The position numbers and the translations under genes were made by a program. Shown piece after piece: positions 38,115-51,702 of a DNA stretch of 64,000 nucleotides. Source of the stretch: Cetorhinus maximus. Taxonomy: Eukaryota. Location: the NCBI RefSeq assembly GCF_964194155.1, contig NC_135909.1:12090001-12154000 (forward strand). The letters are read 5' to 3'. The first letter of the stretch is position 1; each line of letters begins with the position of its first letter. A model generated the notes under the pieces. It searched no databases. It was given only the letters and a program-made list of their open reading frames with translations, and was not told the origin of the DNA.

Positions 38115-38420
38115 TGATAAAAGCAAAATACTGCGGATGCTGGAAATCTAGAACAAAAAGAAAAATACCTGGAAAAACTCAGCAGGTCTGACAGCATCTG
38201 CGGAGAGGGATACAGTTGACGTTTCGAGTCCGTATGACCCTTCATCAGAACTAAAAAATATAGAAATGAGATGAAATATAAGCTGGTTGAGGGGGCTGGG
38301 ACAGGGTAGAGCTCGATAGGGGGCCAGTGATAGGTGGAGGCCAAGAAGAGATTGCCAAAGATGTCATAGACAAAAGGACAATGGGGTGTTGGCGGTAGTG
38401 ACATTATCTAAAGGATGTGT
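38115..38420 (-). mobile_element. PLE 3' terminal region copy
   Basis: Reverse complement similar to 1690-1985. Confidence 0.85.
38214..38252 (-). ncRNA. Minimal type I hammerhead ribozyme, canonical core
   Basis: agtt-CTGATGA-a-gggtc(atacg)gactc-GAAA-cg-TC|aact. Confidence 0.85.
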
Positions 38421-38600
38421 TACCTGGGATGTTAGGGGGAAATAAAGGGTTACAGTAATTATTAGGGGGAATCTAGGGATACAGTAAGAACTTATTGAAA
38501 GGGAATGAATTACTTAAAATCTCCAAGCACATTGGCAGTTAAAGGTTACCAGATGAACCTTGCACAGCCTTAAGGGCCTGCAAACAACAGAAAGGCCTTG

Positions 38601-39285
38601 GATAAAAGCAAAAAACTGCGGATGCTGGAAATCCAGAACAAAAATAAAAATACCTGGAAAAACTCAGCAGGTCTGACAGCATCTTTGGAGAGTAACACAC
38701 TTAACGTTTCGAGTCCGTACGACTCTTCAACAGAACTAAGGAAAAATAGAAAATAGGTGAAAGAGAAGCTGGTTGAGGGGGTGGGACAAGTAGAGCTGGT
38801 AAGAGGGTCAGTGATAGGAGGAGATAGCCAAAAGATGTCATAGACAAAAGGACAAAGAAGTGTTGAAGGGGGTGATATTGTCTAAGAAATGTGCTAATAG
38901 GTGACATTAAGGGTAGAAAGCAGGGTGAGCAAGGTACAGATAGCCCTAGTGGGGTGGGGTGGGGTGGGGGGAAGGGATCGAAATAGGCTAACAGGTAGAG
39001 ATAAAACAATGGATGGAAATACATTTAAAAATAATGGAAACAGTTGGGAAAAGAAAAATCTATATAAATTATTGGAAAAAGGGGGGATCGGAAAGGGGGT
39101 TGGAATGGAGGAGAGAGTTCATGATCTAAAATTGTTGAACTCCATGTTCAGTCCGGAAGGCTGTAAAGTGCCTAGTCGGAAGATGAGGTGCTGTTCCTCC
39201 AGTTTGTGTTGAGCTTCACTGGAACAATGCAGCAGGCCAAGGACAGACATGTGGGCATGACAGCAGGGTGGAGTGTTGAAATGCC
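38601..39285 (-). mobile_element. 5'-truncated Neptune-type PLE (GIY-YIG C-terminus, 3' region, hammerhead 38699-38737 with CUGUUGA core)
   Basis: HFNTPPCCHAHMSVLGLLHCSSEAQHKLEEQHLIFRLGTLQPSGLNMEFNNFRS, nearly the same as the end of ORF 263-1486. Confidence 0.92.
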
Positions 39286-39729
39286 ATTGAAATATAGTAT
39301 AACCTTCAGCTGCAAACTCAGATTCCAGTTTGAAACTCACCTAGACCATTAACCTCAATGACACAATTACAATTTGATTAGTACAGACTGAGATAGAGAC
39401 CACATACCAGTCTGAAAAGCTCAGAGTATCAGAATGGCAGAAACTGTATTCAGTCTCACAGAGCAAACTGAGCACAACAGGCAAGTTTAAAATTCTCACA
39501 GTCTGCTTAAATAAAAATGTATCAATTTGATTATTACAAAGTGAATTACACTTACACAGCAATGGAGTGTTAGATCCAAAGATACCTGAGCTTTCATAAG
39601 TGTGTTCACACACAAAGGGATTTAATACTAGGTCAAACTCGATTACTTTATTAGAACCTACAGCATCAATGGCCTGTTTCTGTTCTGAAATTTCAACATG
39701 GACTGAACCAAGACTTGTAAACACTCTCA

Positions 39730-41700
39730 GAAACTGAAGGTTATGCAATGAATCCCACACTGTCAGAGTAGCAGAGACTGACAGATTCAGAATGATTATC
39801 AATGACATGTCCAGTACCAGAAACTGACAGATACATACTAAATACTACACTCAAAATTCCTGAGTCTGAATAATATTCCATTTATCTGACACAGACACAA
39901 AGTAGCACTGACAGTGAAAGATAGTCACAAACTCACATCACACACAAACTGACATGTTGGTGCGCTGCCTTTTTGAATACAACTGAGTGGTTTACTCGGC
40001 AATTGTAGATGGCAGTTCAGAGTCAACTTCATTGCTGTTCTTGGTCCTAGGATCCAATATAAGCCAGACCAGGTAAGGATGGGGATGATAAATCTACTTT
40101 CCTAAATATTTGAAGGTGTTAAACTTAGCATTTTGAACACTATTTCTGAGATAAATATGACATACAGATACACAATCAATCCCAGAGTCACATGCAGCAT
40201 CAAAGACTGAGAACTAAACAATAACTGTCTCTCTCACCTACAGTCAAGTCACTCACCATCCTGAATTGGAATTATATCGCTCTTCCTTCACTGTTGCTGG
40301 GTCAGAATCCTGGAACTCCCTTCCTAACAGCACTGTGGGTGCACCCACAACACATGGACTGCAACGGTTCAAGAAGGTAGCTCACCACCACCTTCTCAAG
40401 GGCAACAAGGGATGGGCAATAAATGCCGGTCCAGCCACCAAAGCCCAGATCACATGAATAAAAAAAATATAGCACCAGAGACTACTCAGCAAATCTTACA
40501 CAACACCAGACACTGAGACATACAGTATGAAGACCAATACATGCACAGTAAAATAGAGACTAATACAGAATGAATCCCAGCATGCACACCATGCCAGAGA
40601 CTATCAGAAACAGAATGAATTCCATAGTCACAATGTACTGGAGATTGAAAGATATACATTAAAAAAAAAAACCACATTCACCACAGTGCCAGAGAGTGAC
40701 AGATACAAAATGAATCCCACATCACACAAAGCACATTGACTGATAGATACAGGGTGATTCTCAAATTGTCCCAGAGATGTAGAGATACAGAATGTATCTG
40801 ACATTCACACAATGCCACAGACTAAGAAACACAGAGGAATCTCAGAGCCAAGGACTGATAGAGACAAAATGAATCCTTGATTTCTGAAGACATCAGGCAC
40901 TGAGTTACAAAAAGGCATCAACGCTTACACAGGGTACCAGAGTCCAACAGAAACAAAATGAATTGCAAGCTCCCGTACAGTGCCACGGAATGAGAGAGAA
41001 TTGATCCCACTCATATCCAATACTATCCATTGAGGCAAATTCAACATTTAACACTCTTTGGTGCTGTAAGTGACAGTGGGATTACTTCTGTCAAAAATTG
41101 CAACAGATGGGCCTGTTGAGATTGAATCACACACTCTGAATCAGTACCAGAGACTGACCGATACAGACTGAATTTCACACTCCTATTCAGCAACGGATGT
41201 TGACAGGTACAGAGTTTATCTCACATTCACACACATTATCAGACATTGACAGTGAATGAGAAGTTCAGACTCAGAGATAGTAACACAGACTGAAAGACAT
41301 CGAATCAATACAACTCTGACCTACAATGCCAGAGACTGACAAATAAAAAAAATTATTAACATACAGTTACAGAGACTGACAGGTACAGAATAAATCCAAT
41401 AATTTTCGTGGCGGAGAGAAACACATACTGATTTAATTTCGCACTGGCGTGTAGTCCCAAGAAGCGAATGATTTCACTTACATACACCAATAACGGACAG
41501 ATGCACAATGAGCCTCAGGATATCAAACGAATCCAACATTGAGACATGGTCCCATCAAGTCACAGACACAGAATAAATCCAGGCCTCGCACACTGTACCA
41601 CGGCCTTCCAAACAGTGAAGGAACCCCACACTCACACACAGCATCAGACAGTGAATAAATCACGCACATTACCAGAGCCTCACAATTCCTGAAGGAACCC
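39730..41700 (-). repeat. Degenerate satellite, minus orientation (with LINE 3' end at 40245-40470)
   Basis: Recurrent agagactgacagatacagaatgaatcccaca. Confidence 0.78.
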
Positions 41701-42035
41701 CACATTCCTATACAGTCCCTCGCACCGACAGCCAGACGACATTTCCCGGTGTATCTTTACACACTGAGAAACTCCGGCTGGAGAGGGTCTTTGTAAAATG
41801 TATTTCCTGATTTTAGTAAGGAGGCTTATGATTGGTGGAGAAAGCTAAATATAATTGGTCTATTGATCAATCCATTCGGAAAATCACAAAAATAGATGAC
41901 GTGTATAGTATTAAAAATGTCCAATCAGAATCATTGTTCTCCCATTCTTCATTAGCATATATCTGTCAAACTGTCTATATAATGAGCGGACGGAAGGGGT
42001 TTGGTTTATTTCTGTGTCTGAAATTGAGATTGAGG

Positions 42036-42413
42036 ATGGTTGATGAGAAGAAGAAACCAGTTGCTAAGAAGGGCGCCAAGAAAGCGGTGACTAAACCGGC
42101 AGGAAAGGGCGGCAAGAAGCGGCGAAAGTCGAGGAAGGAGAGTTACGCCATCTACATCTACAAAGTGATGAAGCAGGTTCACCCCGACACCGGCATCTCC
42201 TCCAAGGCCATGAGCATCATGAACTCGTTCGTAAACGATATTTTCGAGCGCATCGCGGGTGAGGCTTCCCGCCTGGCCCATTACAACAAGCGCAGCACCA
42301 TCAGCTCCCGGGAGATCCAGACCGCCGTGCGCCTGCTGCTGCCCGGGGAACTGGCCAAGCACGCCGTGTCGGAAGGGACAAAGGCGGTGACCAAGTACAC
42401 CAGCTCCAAGTAA
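42036..42413 (+). CDS. H2B: Histone H2B, copy 2
   Basis: 125 aa [37 protein letters not shown]...TSSK; ATG at 42036, inside track ORF 41832..42413. Confidence 0.98.
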   Translation: MVDEKKKPVAKKGAKKAVTKPAGKGGKKRRKSRKESYAIYIYKVMKQVHPDTGISSKAMSIMNSFVNDIFERIAGEASRLAHYNKRSTISSREIQTAVRLLLPGELAKHAVSEGTKAVTKYTSSK

Positions 42414-42452
42414 AACCCCAGAACTGACTCAAAAACAGATTCAAAACACAAC

Positions 42453-42493
42453 GGCTCTTTTAAGAGCCACCCACAATCTCTCTGAAAAAGCTA
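42453..42493 (+). terminator. Histone stem-loop and downstream element (H2B copy 2)
   Basis: GGCTCTTTTAAGAGCC at 42453-42468, ACCCA, gaaaaagct. Confidence 0.95.
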
Positions 42494-43348
42494 TACGATT
42501 GCTCCACTTCTAAAGTTATGATTTTTACTGTGAAGAATTTTGAATTATCTAATTGTTATTTTCTTTTTGTTTCAATCACAGCGATTCTCGGTAATGTAGA
42601 TTTAACCCTCGTTCAATTATTTAGTCAGGTTAATAATGCCTCATCAATTAATGACTTGCCGATTACCCTCGGCGCTTTGTTTGAAGACGCGCGCGTTAAT
42701 ATTCGGCCCCTTTCCCTGGTTTTGGAGAGAGAGAGAATAGAAGCAAATGCGTCAGTCTCCAGTTCTGGTCAAGTTTGGTCTCAATAATCGATCAGTTCAT
42801 TTCCTATCAGCCCCGGTTGTGAAGCAACCTTCAGTCTCAACGCTGGCAAAAATGGTCAGTTTTGTCTGTCATAAATATCTACAATATTCCGTCCGTTTGC
42901 AGAACGATGTAAATGGGACTTTCTGCGGCTGCTGACAGGGTTTCATAAAGGATCGAGATTCACCCCCGGATCACGGATTCTAAAAGCGATTTGGAACATT
43001 GGATAAAATGTGAAATAGTCCCATCAGGGACGCGTATTTTTAAAACTTCCAATTCGTACTATGTTCTAAGAAGTCCGTTTTATTTCATTTTTAAAAAATT
43101 TGGCGGGCTTTTAAAATTTGAAAAAAGATCGGTTCGAATCTGATAATTTGGCGCCGTTATTTTCCGCCCTCACTCCGTGGAGTCTCCGGATTGGTGAGTT
43201 CAGTAGATATCTGTTTGGTGATATGAACAACATTATGAGACGCAGCACAAAGTGACCAATCAGCAATGCCCGCAGCACCATTCCTCCCGAAGCTATAAGA
43301 GAAGCGAATGTGAGAGGATTTCCTCATTCTCTGTGAAAGTGTTTGTGA

Positions 43349-43750
<402 letters not shown>

Positions 43751-43780
43751 AGCGGCCATTCTTTTATCTAATAACCCAAA

Positions 43781-43822
43781 GGCTCTTTTCAGAGCCACTC
43801 ACTGGATCATTGAAAGGGCTGC
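43781..43822 (+). terminator. Histone stem-loop and downstream element (H2A copy 2)
   Basis: GGCTCTTTTCAGAGCC at 43781-43796, then gaaagggctg. Confidence 0.95.
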
Positions 43823-45734
43823 TCCCTGTCAGGAGATGGAGTTATTGTAACGGTGGATTTATCTGTTTCTGGTTTGTTTACTTGTGTTTTCAGTTCCCTC
43901 TCTGCATTGCGCTGTTTCTCTGCTCCCACATCTCCCGCTTTAGTGAACTGAAGAATCGAAAGACAGAGTCAGAGTCGACATTTTCATAAATATTTCATAG
44001 TCATAAATATCAAGTTTCTCCCGGTACATTCATGAAAAATGCCACGACTGGTGCAATAAATGCTTTGTTTTTACTCTCGCGTGATCTGAGCGCCGCTCCA
44101 GGAACAGAGTAAACTCGGAAACGGAGCGGACATTTTCGGGCTGATCTGTTTATTCCGCAGTTTTCCCCGAGGCCGGAATCAGTGAGAGTTGAGCACTCAC
44201 AGGACCTGAGTCCATTTCTGCGGTTTCAGATCTGCACCCGCCCCCCTCCCCCCGGTCTCCCTATTCTCCGGACACAAAGCTGCCTGTCCCAGGCGGTTTG
44301 GTGTCGGGGATTCTCTCCGCACTCCCTGTTGTAACATTCCCGGCCGCTTTTAATGGAGAGGATCAGAAATCAGCCGCTTTTCTCAGTCCCTGTGAAGTTT
44401 GTGTGAAGGAGTTGGTTGGTAATCTATACGTATTTGCTTTTCCACTGATTTGAGCTGATTTAAATTGCTGAACGGGGCCTTATTACCGCAGGTTACAGAT
44501 AAGAGATTGACACATTCAAACTGGCGTTCAGTTATTTTGTATTTTTCCGGTACTGAAATTGGCGGGCATTTCGAATTTGAAAATCCAAACTTCCAATTTC
44601 TTCTCCCTGGCTCTCCAATTGGTTAGGAATTTGTGAACAGAGTATCCAATTAGAGCTACAGACTCTCAACCCGTTCATAATGATTATTAATAGACAGATT
44701 ACACTAAAGGAATCGTTGTCTTCAACCTCAGTTGCACTTGAGTTCGAAAATATACTCTATATTCTAAAATATACAGGCAAATAAAAGAAGGATCCGGAAT
44801 AAATGTGATGTTTCCACAAGCCAAGTTAAAATGAAGATTCCCGCCAGCTCCTCTCACACAGTACGTACTTTATAACTGACAGAGCACAGAGACACAGGCA
44901 GGTCATCAGTTCCAGAGTGATATTTTCAATCCATCAATCAAACAGAGCAGGAAAGACAGACGCTGTTTCCATGTCAACATTTAAATATCAGATAAAACGG
45001 ACACGACGGTGTCAGTTTCAAGTTTACAGAATAAACCTGAATAATATACTCTGAGATTCATGTGAAGTACCTGTACAATATTTGCACACATCACGGGTTT
45101 ATAAATTGCAGTGCCAATTCCCAATGTCTGTCCTGACATATACATTAGATGCAAATCCAAAACTCAAGTACATTATCCGAGTGAGATATTCTGAAAGCGA
45201 GTATAACCTGAGATACAAACCTTGATTCCAGTTTTATGAAACAAAAAGATACAACATCAATTCGATGAGTATGAACTGAGCTGTAACTTTCATACTAATC
45301 CTAAATGTTCAATGTCAGATTGAGAATACTGTGCCAGTTCCAGACTGATCTCATTTTACATCCATATCAAAATTCTCACTCAGAATCAGACTGAGTGTCA
45401 CAGATCAAATCAATCAGTATAACCTGAGTTACACCCGCATCCCAAGTGAGTAGCAGGTTGAAAGATACATTATCTTTCACAAATGTGTTCACAGTGACAG
45501 ACATTTAACACTGGGCCATAACTTCCAAACATTGCTTGCTTAATAGCTACCACAGCAGTGGTCTGTAACTGAGCTGAAAATTTGCATCGAATGAATCAAA
45601 ACGTAAACAATCCCAGAGACTGAATGTTATACAATGAATCCCATACTCAGTCACATACACTGAGTGACAGAGACTGACAGATAGACAATAATTCTCAACA
45701 CACGTTCAGTGCCAGATGCTGAAAGGGGCAGCTG

Positions 45735-48390
45735 TTTTTTTTTTATTCTCCCTATTCATTCATGGGATGTGGGCATTGCTGGCTAGGCCAGCATTTATTG
45801 GCCATTCCTAGTTTCCCTTGTGTAGGTGGTGGTGAACTGCTTTCTTGAACCGCAGCAGTCCATGTGGTGTAGGTACACCCACAGTGCTGTTAAGGGAAGG
45901 AACATCAGGATTTTGACCCAGCAACTGTGAAGGAATGGCAGTATATTTCCAAGTCAGGGTGGTGAGTGACTTCAAGGGAAATTTCCAGGTGGTGATGTCC
46001 CTATGTGCCTGCTGCCTTTGCCCTTCTAAAAACTGGTGGTCGTGGGTTTGGACGGTGCTGTTTCAGGAGGAATGGTGAGTTTCTGTAGTGTATCTTGCAG
46101 ATGGTACACACTGCTACAACTGTGCATCAGTGGTGGAGGGAGTGAATGTTTTTGAATGGGTTGCCAATCAAGTGGGCAGCTTTGTTTTGGGTTGTGTCTA
46201 GATGCTTGAGTGTGTTTGGAGCTGCACTCATCCAGGCAAATGGAGAGTATTCCATCACAGTCTTGACAAGAGCCTTACAGATGGTGAGTTGGCTTTGGAG
46301 AGCCAGGAGGTTTGTTACTTGCCGCAGGATTCCTAGCCTCTGACCTGTGCTTGTAGCCACTGTATCTATATGCCTAGTCCAGTTCAGTTTCTGGTCAATG
46401 GTAACCACCAGGATGTTGATAGTTGGGAATTGAGTAATGGCAATGCCAAAGAATGTCAAAGAATGATGATTAGTTTCTTTCTTGTTGGAGATGGTCGTTG
46501 CCTGGCTTTTCTGTGGTGCGAATGATAATTTCCACTTATCAGGCCAAGTTTGGTTAATGTCCAGGTCTTGCTGTATTTGGACATGGACTGCTTCAGTACC
46601 TGAGGAGTTGTGAATGGTGCTGCCCATTGTGCAATCATCAGCAAACATTCCCATTTCCCGCAGTTGATGGACAAACGTCATTGCTAAAGCAGATGAAGTT
46701 GATTGGGCCTTGGATACTCCCCTGGATAACTCCTGCAGTGACATCCTGGGACTCAGATGATTGATCTGCAACGATCACAACCACCTTCCTTTGTGCTAGA
46801 AATGACTCCAGCCAGCGGAGAGCTTTCCCCCTGATTCCTATTGACTCCAGTGTTGCTAAGGTTCCTTGATGCCAAACTCTGTCAAATGCTGCCTTGATGT
46901 CAAGGGCAGTCCCTCTCGCCTCCCCTTTGGAGCTCAGCTCTTCTGTTCGTGTTTGAACCAAGGTTGCAATGAGGTCAGGAGCTGAGTGGCCCCGGTGGAA
47001 TCCAAATTGAGCGCCAGTGAGTAGGTTATTGCCACTTGTTAGCACTGTTGATGGCCCCTTCTATCACCTTACTAATGATGGAGAGTAGACTGATGGGGCA
47101 GTAATTGGCCAGGTTGGATCTGTCTTGTTTTTTTTATAGAGGACATGCCTGGGCAAATATCAACATCGCTGGATAGATACTAGTGTAGGAGCCATACTGG
47201 AACAGCTTTTGCCAGGGATGCAGCAAGTTCTGGATCACATGCCTACAGTGCTATTGCTGGGACATTGTCAGGGCCCATAACCTTTGCAGCACCCAGTGCC
47301 TTCAGCCGTTTCTTTGTATCAGGTGGAATGAATCGAGTGTACTGAAGATTGGCATCTGTGATGCTGAGGACCTCCGAACGAGGCCGACATGGATCAGCCA
47401 CTCAGCACATCTGCATGAAGGTTGTTGCGAATACTTCAGCCTTATCTTTTGCACTGATGTGCTGGGCTCCTCAAACTTTGACGATGGGGCTATTTGTGAA
47501 ACCTCCATTCATGACTGGATGTGGCAGGACTGCACAGTTAGATCTGACCCGTTGGTTGTGGAATTGCTCAACTCGGACTATCACTTGCTGCTTATGTTGT
47601 TTGGCACGAAATTAGTCTTGTTTTGTGGCTTCAGCAGGTTGACACCTCAGTTTTAATTATGCCTGGTCCTGTTCCTGGAATGCCCTCCTGCCCTCTTCAT
47701 TAAACCAGGGTTGATCCCCTGACTTGATAGTAATGGTAGAGTGGAGAATATGCCGGGCCATGAGGTTACAGATTGTGGCTAAGTACAATTCTGCAGCTGA
47801 TGACCCACAGCACCACATGGATAACAAGACTAGAGGTGTTAGATCTGTTTGAAATATATGCCATTTAGCACTGTGGTAGTTCCACACAACACAATGGAGT
47901 GTATCCTCGATGTAAATATGTGTCTTCATCTCCATAGGGACTGTACGGTGTTCACTCCTACCGCTCCAGCCATGGATAGATACATCTGCCACAGGCAGGT
48001 TGTTGAGGATGAGTTCAAAAATGATTTTCTCCTCACCATCTGCCGCAGACCAGGTCTGCGGTGGTGCTACAAGGATATTTTTGGTGATGGACCCACCCAG
48101 CTTGCATTCTGTGCCCTTGCCATCCTCAGTGCGTCCTCCACGTGGTGTTCAACAAGGAGGAGTATTGCATCATGAGCTGAAGAGTGGATGGTGGGCGTCA
48201 GTACGTATTAATCTGCAGGGAGTTTCCTTGACCATGGTTGACCTGATGCCATGAGACTGGAATCGATTTTGAGGACTCCCAGGGCAACTGTCATATCTGC
48301 TGGTGATCTGTCCTTTCAGTGGTGGTGGTATCTGGGAGATTGTTAGGAATGTTCCCATGAGTATGACTATGTGAGGCGGTTGCTTGACTA
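45735..48390 (-). mobile_element. Degenerate L2/CR1-group LINE, most of ORF2 (same family as 3030-3850)
   Basis: AQFGFHRGHSAPDL, ALDIKAAFDRVWH, MFADDCT, TIDQKLNW; 3' tail at 45750-45860. Confidence 0.88.
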
Positions 48391-48659
48391 GTGCCAAAAC
48401 GTTAGTAAGTATTGACCGAGATTCCTGGTTCATTCGGTTTTATTCCTTTAATAGAACTGAGTGGCTTGCTGCCATTTTAAAATCAAGCACATTGTTGTTG
48501 GTCTGTTTGAAATCTATCCCATTTAGCACAGTGGCAGTGCCACACAACACAATGGAGTTTAGGTACCAGAGCAGGTTTCACCATTTAGCGTGGTAGGATT
48601 CGAAACCTTGGAATATTATTCTGGATCAGCAGCAATACCAGGCCACCACTGCTGATCAC

Positions 48660-49170
48660 ACGCCAATTATACCACTGATAGATTTAGAGAGAGTCCAAGA
48701 CTCACATATGCTAACAGGTGCTGAGAGATACAAATGGAAGACCACACACACAGACACACACACACGTGACTGAAAAGCAATAAATGAATCCCACAATTCC
48801 GTATCGTACTAGAGAATTATAGATACAGAAGTAATCCCACTGATAGATAGAGAATTAATCCCATACTCACAAAAAGCACAAGGAACTCAAAAACACACAT
48901 GGTTCCCACACTGACATAGCATCACAGACATAGAATGCAATTGACTGAACTAGAGTGAATATCAATTCACTCACAGTACGAGAGCTTTATATATAAATCC
49001 TAGTGACTGATTCGAATGCCTGCCAAACTCATACACAGCTCCAGAGAATAACAGATGCAGACTGATTGCTGCACTCCCATGCAATACCAGAGATTTCAGA
49101 TTCAGAATGATTTCCACATTCACATGCAATAGCACTGGCTGAAAATGAGTCAAACGCACACTCAAACTAA
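48660..49170 (-). repeat. Degenerate satellite, minus orientation
   Basis: Inverted paralog of about 12700-13290, including the CA/TG run. Confidence 0.7.
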
Positions 49171-49294
49171 CACAGGGTAGTTAAATATTTTTAAGGCAGA
49201 AGTAGATAGATGCTTGATAAGCAAAGGGGTGAAAGGTTATCCGGGATAGACTGGAATTTGGAGTTGAGGCGAAAATCAAATCAGCCATTAGCTT

Positions 49295-49388
49295 AAACAA
49301 AAACAGAATTACCTGGAAAAACTCAGCAGGTCTGGCAGCATCAGTGGAGAAGAAAAGAGATGACGTTTCGAGTCCAATGACCCTTCAA
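49295..49388 (-). mobile_element. PLE 3' module inserted in a CR1 tail, imperfect 9-bp TSD
   Basis: cattagctt at 49286-49294 and cattatctt at 49389-49397. Confidence 0.75.
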
Positions 49389-49544
49389 CATTATCTTCTT
49401 GAATATCGAGCAGGTGTGAGGGACTGAGTGGTCTCTTCATGCTCCCAATCTGTATGTTCACACACATCACTTTTAAGAGATTCAGAACGAGTCGCAAATT
49501 CACTTAGAATCCCAGAAAGTGACTGATATAACAAATCTCTTGCA

Positions 49545-50132
49545 GGAGAGAGTTCATGGTCTGAAGTTGCTGATCTCAGTGTTAAATCTGGAAGGCTGTA
49601 AAGTGTCTTCTTGGAAGATGAGCTGCTGTTCCTCCAGTTTGTGTTGGGTTTCACTGGAACATTGCAGCAGGCCAAGGATGGACATGTGGGCATGAGAGCA
49701 GGATGGGATGTAAAAATGGCAAGCGACAGGAAGGTCTAGGTCATGCTTGCGGACCGACTGAAGGTGTTCCACAAAGCAGTCACCCAGCTTACGTTTGGTC
49801 TCTCCAATGTAGAGGAGACTGTATTGGGAGCAGCGAACGCAGTAGACAAAATTGAAGGAAGTGCAAGTGAAGCGCTGCTTCATCTGAAAGGAGTGTTTGG
49901 GCCGTTGGATGGTGAGGAGGGCGGAGGTAAAGGGGCAGGTGTTGCACCTTCTGCGCTTGCATGGGAAGGTGCCATGGGAGGAGGCTGAGGTTTTGGGGGT
50001 GATGGAGGAATGGAGCAGGTTGTCCCAGAGGGAAAGGTCCCCACAGAATTCTGACAGTGGGGGTGAGGGGAAGATGTGTTTGGTTGTGGCATCATGCTGG
50101 AGTCAGCAGAAATGGCAGAGAATGATCCTTCC
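49545..50132 (-). mobile_element. Degenerate Neptune-type PLE GIY-YIG fragment
   Basis: FTCTSFNFVYCVRCSQYSLLYIGETKRKLGDCFVEH. Confidence 0.88.
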
Positions 50133-50169
50133 TAAGCAATCCTGATTGAGCTGAGAATTACACTTGCAG

Positions 50170-50478
50170 TGTGAACTAGAAGGGCAGAGTTTTAAAAATA
50201 AGGGATCTCCCATTCAAGATGGAGATGAGGAGGAATTTCTTCACTCAGATGATTGTTAGTCTTTGGAATTCCCTTTCCCAGAGAGCAGCGGAGGCTGGAT
50301 CATTGAATATATTCCAGACTGAAATAGACAGATTTTACAAGAAAATCAAGGAATGAGGGAGATAGGCAGGAAAGTGGAGTTGAGGCCATAATCAGATCAG
50401 CCATGCTCTTATTTAATGGCAGAGTAGACTCGAGGGGCTGAAAGGCCTCCTATTGCTCCTATCTCTAATGTTCTTATG
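50170..50478 (+). mobile_element. CR1 3' end
   Basis: gagatgaggaggaatttcttcactcag...gatcagccatg...aatgttcttatg. Confidence 0.8.
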
Positions 50479-51574
50479 CCTGTAAGCTCTTCCCCATTCT
50501 GGTTCCTTTTTCTTTGCACGTTTGGTTTTAATCTCATTTTTTTCTTGTTTTTGCTTTCGAATGGCAGCTGTTCATCATTCCTCCATTCACACTCCTTTAG
50601 ACTCATCTCTGTTTTTTGTTACTTGTTCCTTTACCATTCCCTATAGCCTTGCAGCACCAATTATTTTGCCATTGAATCTCTCCTGCCCTCTACCCTGCAG
50701 ACTGAACCACAAGACAAAAGGTTTTTACTAAATTCACCAAGGAGTAGCGAAGGAGAATTAATTAATAATCTGACAGTAAATGAGCATCTAAAAATCTCAC
50801 AATATGTTAGAGGCAGGCATTCGGTTCGAGGAGAATGGTCACACACATGTTACAGTTTTCACCTTAAGCAAGTCCGATAAGGAGGGAATGAGCGATAAAC
50901 TGAACTCGTTAAAATTTGATCGGTGATTAACAGATAAAACCAGACAGGAAACAATCAGACACTCAAAGAATTATTTAGCACAATATGTAGAATGCAAGCC
51001 CGAGGGAATGAAACTTCACGTTCTTGGTTCATGATGATTTGGGGGACAGAATTCCATGTTTTGAGTCAGCGATTAAGAAGGAACCTGCCTAAATATTGAT
51101 TAACTGTGTTTTGACGTGATGCTGTCTCCGCTATGCTGATACTCTCGATGGGACATGTCGAAGGGAGGACAATGTTGTCCAAATTAGCATGGTGAATTAC
51201 TGCAGGGTGTCCGGTAGATCGGACATACTGCAGCTTATACGTATAAAATTCACTATACACATTTTTTCCATTTAAGGGAATAGCGTTTGCTCTTCAGGCA
51301 ATAATAGCGTGTTAGAGAACAAAAGAAGGCCACTCGGACCATCATGCCTGTGTCAGCTCTTTGGGAGAAATGGGATGAGAGAAAATCTCGGCTTGCGTGT
51401 GTTTGCCGCATTTGCAGCTTGTGTGATTAAAAAACATGACAGAGATTTGTTACAGACTGAAGTGGTTAATGGAAGCGAGAAGCCGCTTAAAATTCTTGTG
51501 TACGGTAAAGAAATATCAGGTATATTTGTGGGGAGAGGACAAATGTTTCTTTCTTCTTTTAATGAAAAGGTAAA

Positions 51575-51646
51575 TAGCGGAGAATGGTTTCGATCCATCG
51601 ACCTCTGGGTTATGGGCCCAGCACGCTTCCGCTGGGCCACTCTGTT
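51575..51646 (-). tRNA. tRNA-iMet: Initiator tRNA-Met(CAT) gene with 4 substitutions, probably a pseudogene
   Basis: AACAGAGTGGCCCAGCGGAAGCGTGCTGGGCCCATAACCCAGAGGTCGATGGATCGAAACCATTCTCCGCTA. Initiator ATCGAAA T-loop; two acceptor-stem mismatches, one D-stem mismatch and one T-stem G-U pair; TTTT downstream. Confidence 0.9.
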
Positions 51647-51702
51647 ACTTGGACATGATTTGCTGCTACGTCAAGATGATTTGCTGCTACATCTTGTTGT
51701 GT

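Noticed and set aside
41832-42035. Long N-terminal extension of H2B copy 2
   Set aside because: Runs through promoter elements and is not conserved as a frame in copy 1.
43128-43142. B-box-like ggttcgaatc (also ggttcgag ~50823)
   Set aside because: No A box or cloverleaf, and not conserved in the paralogous H2A promoter.
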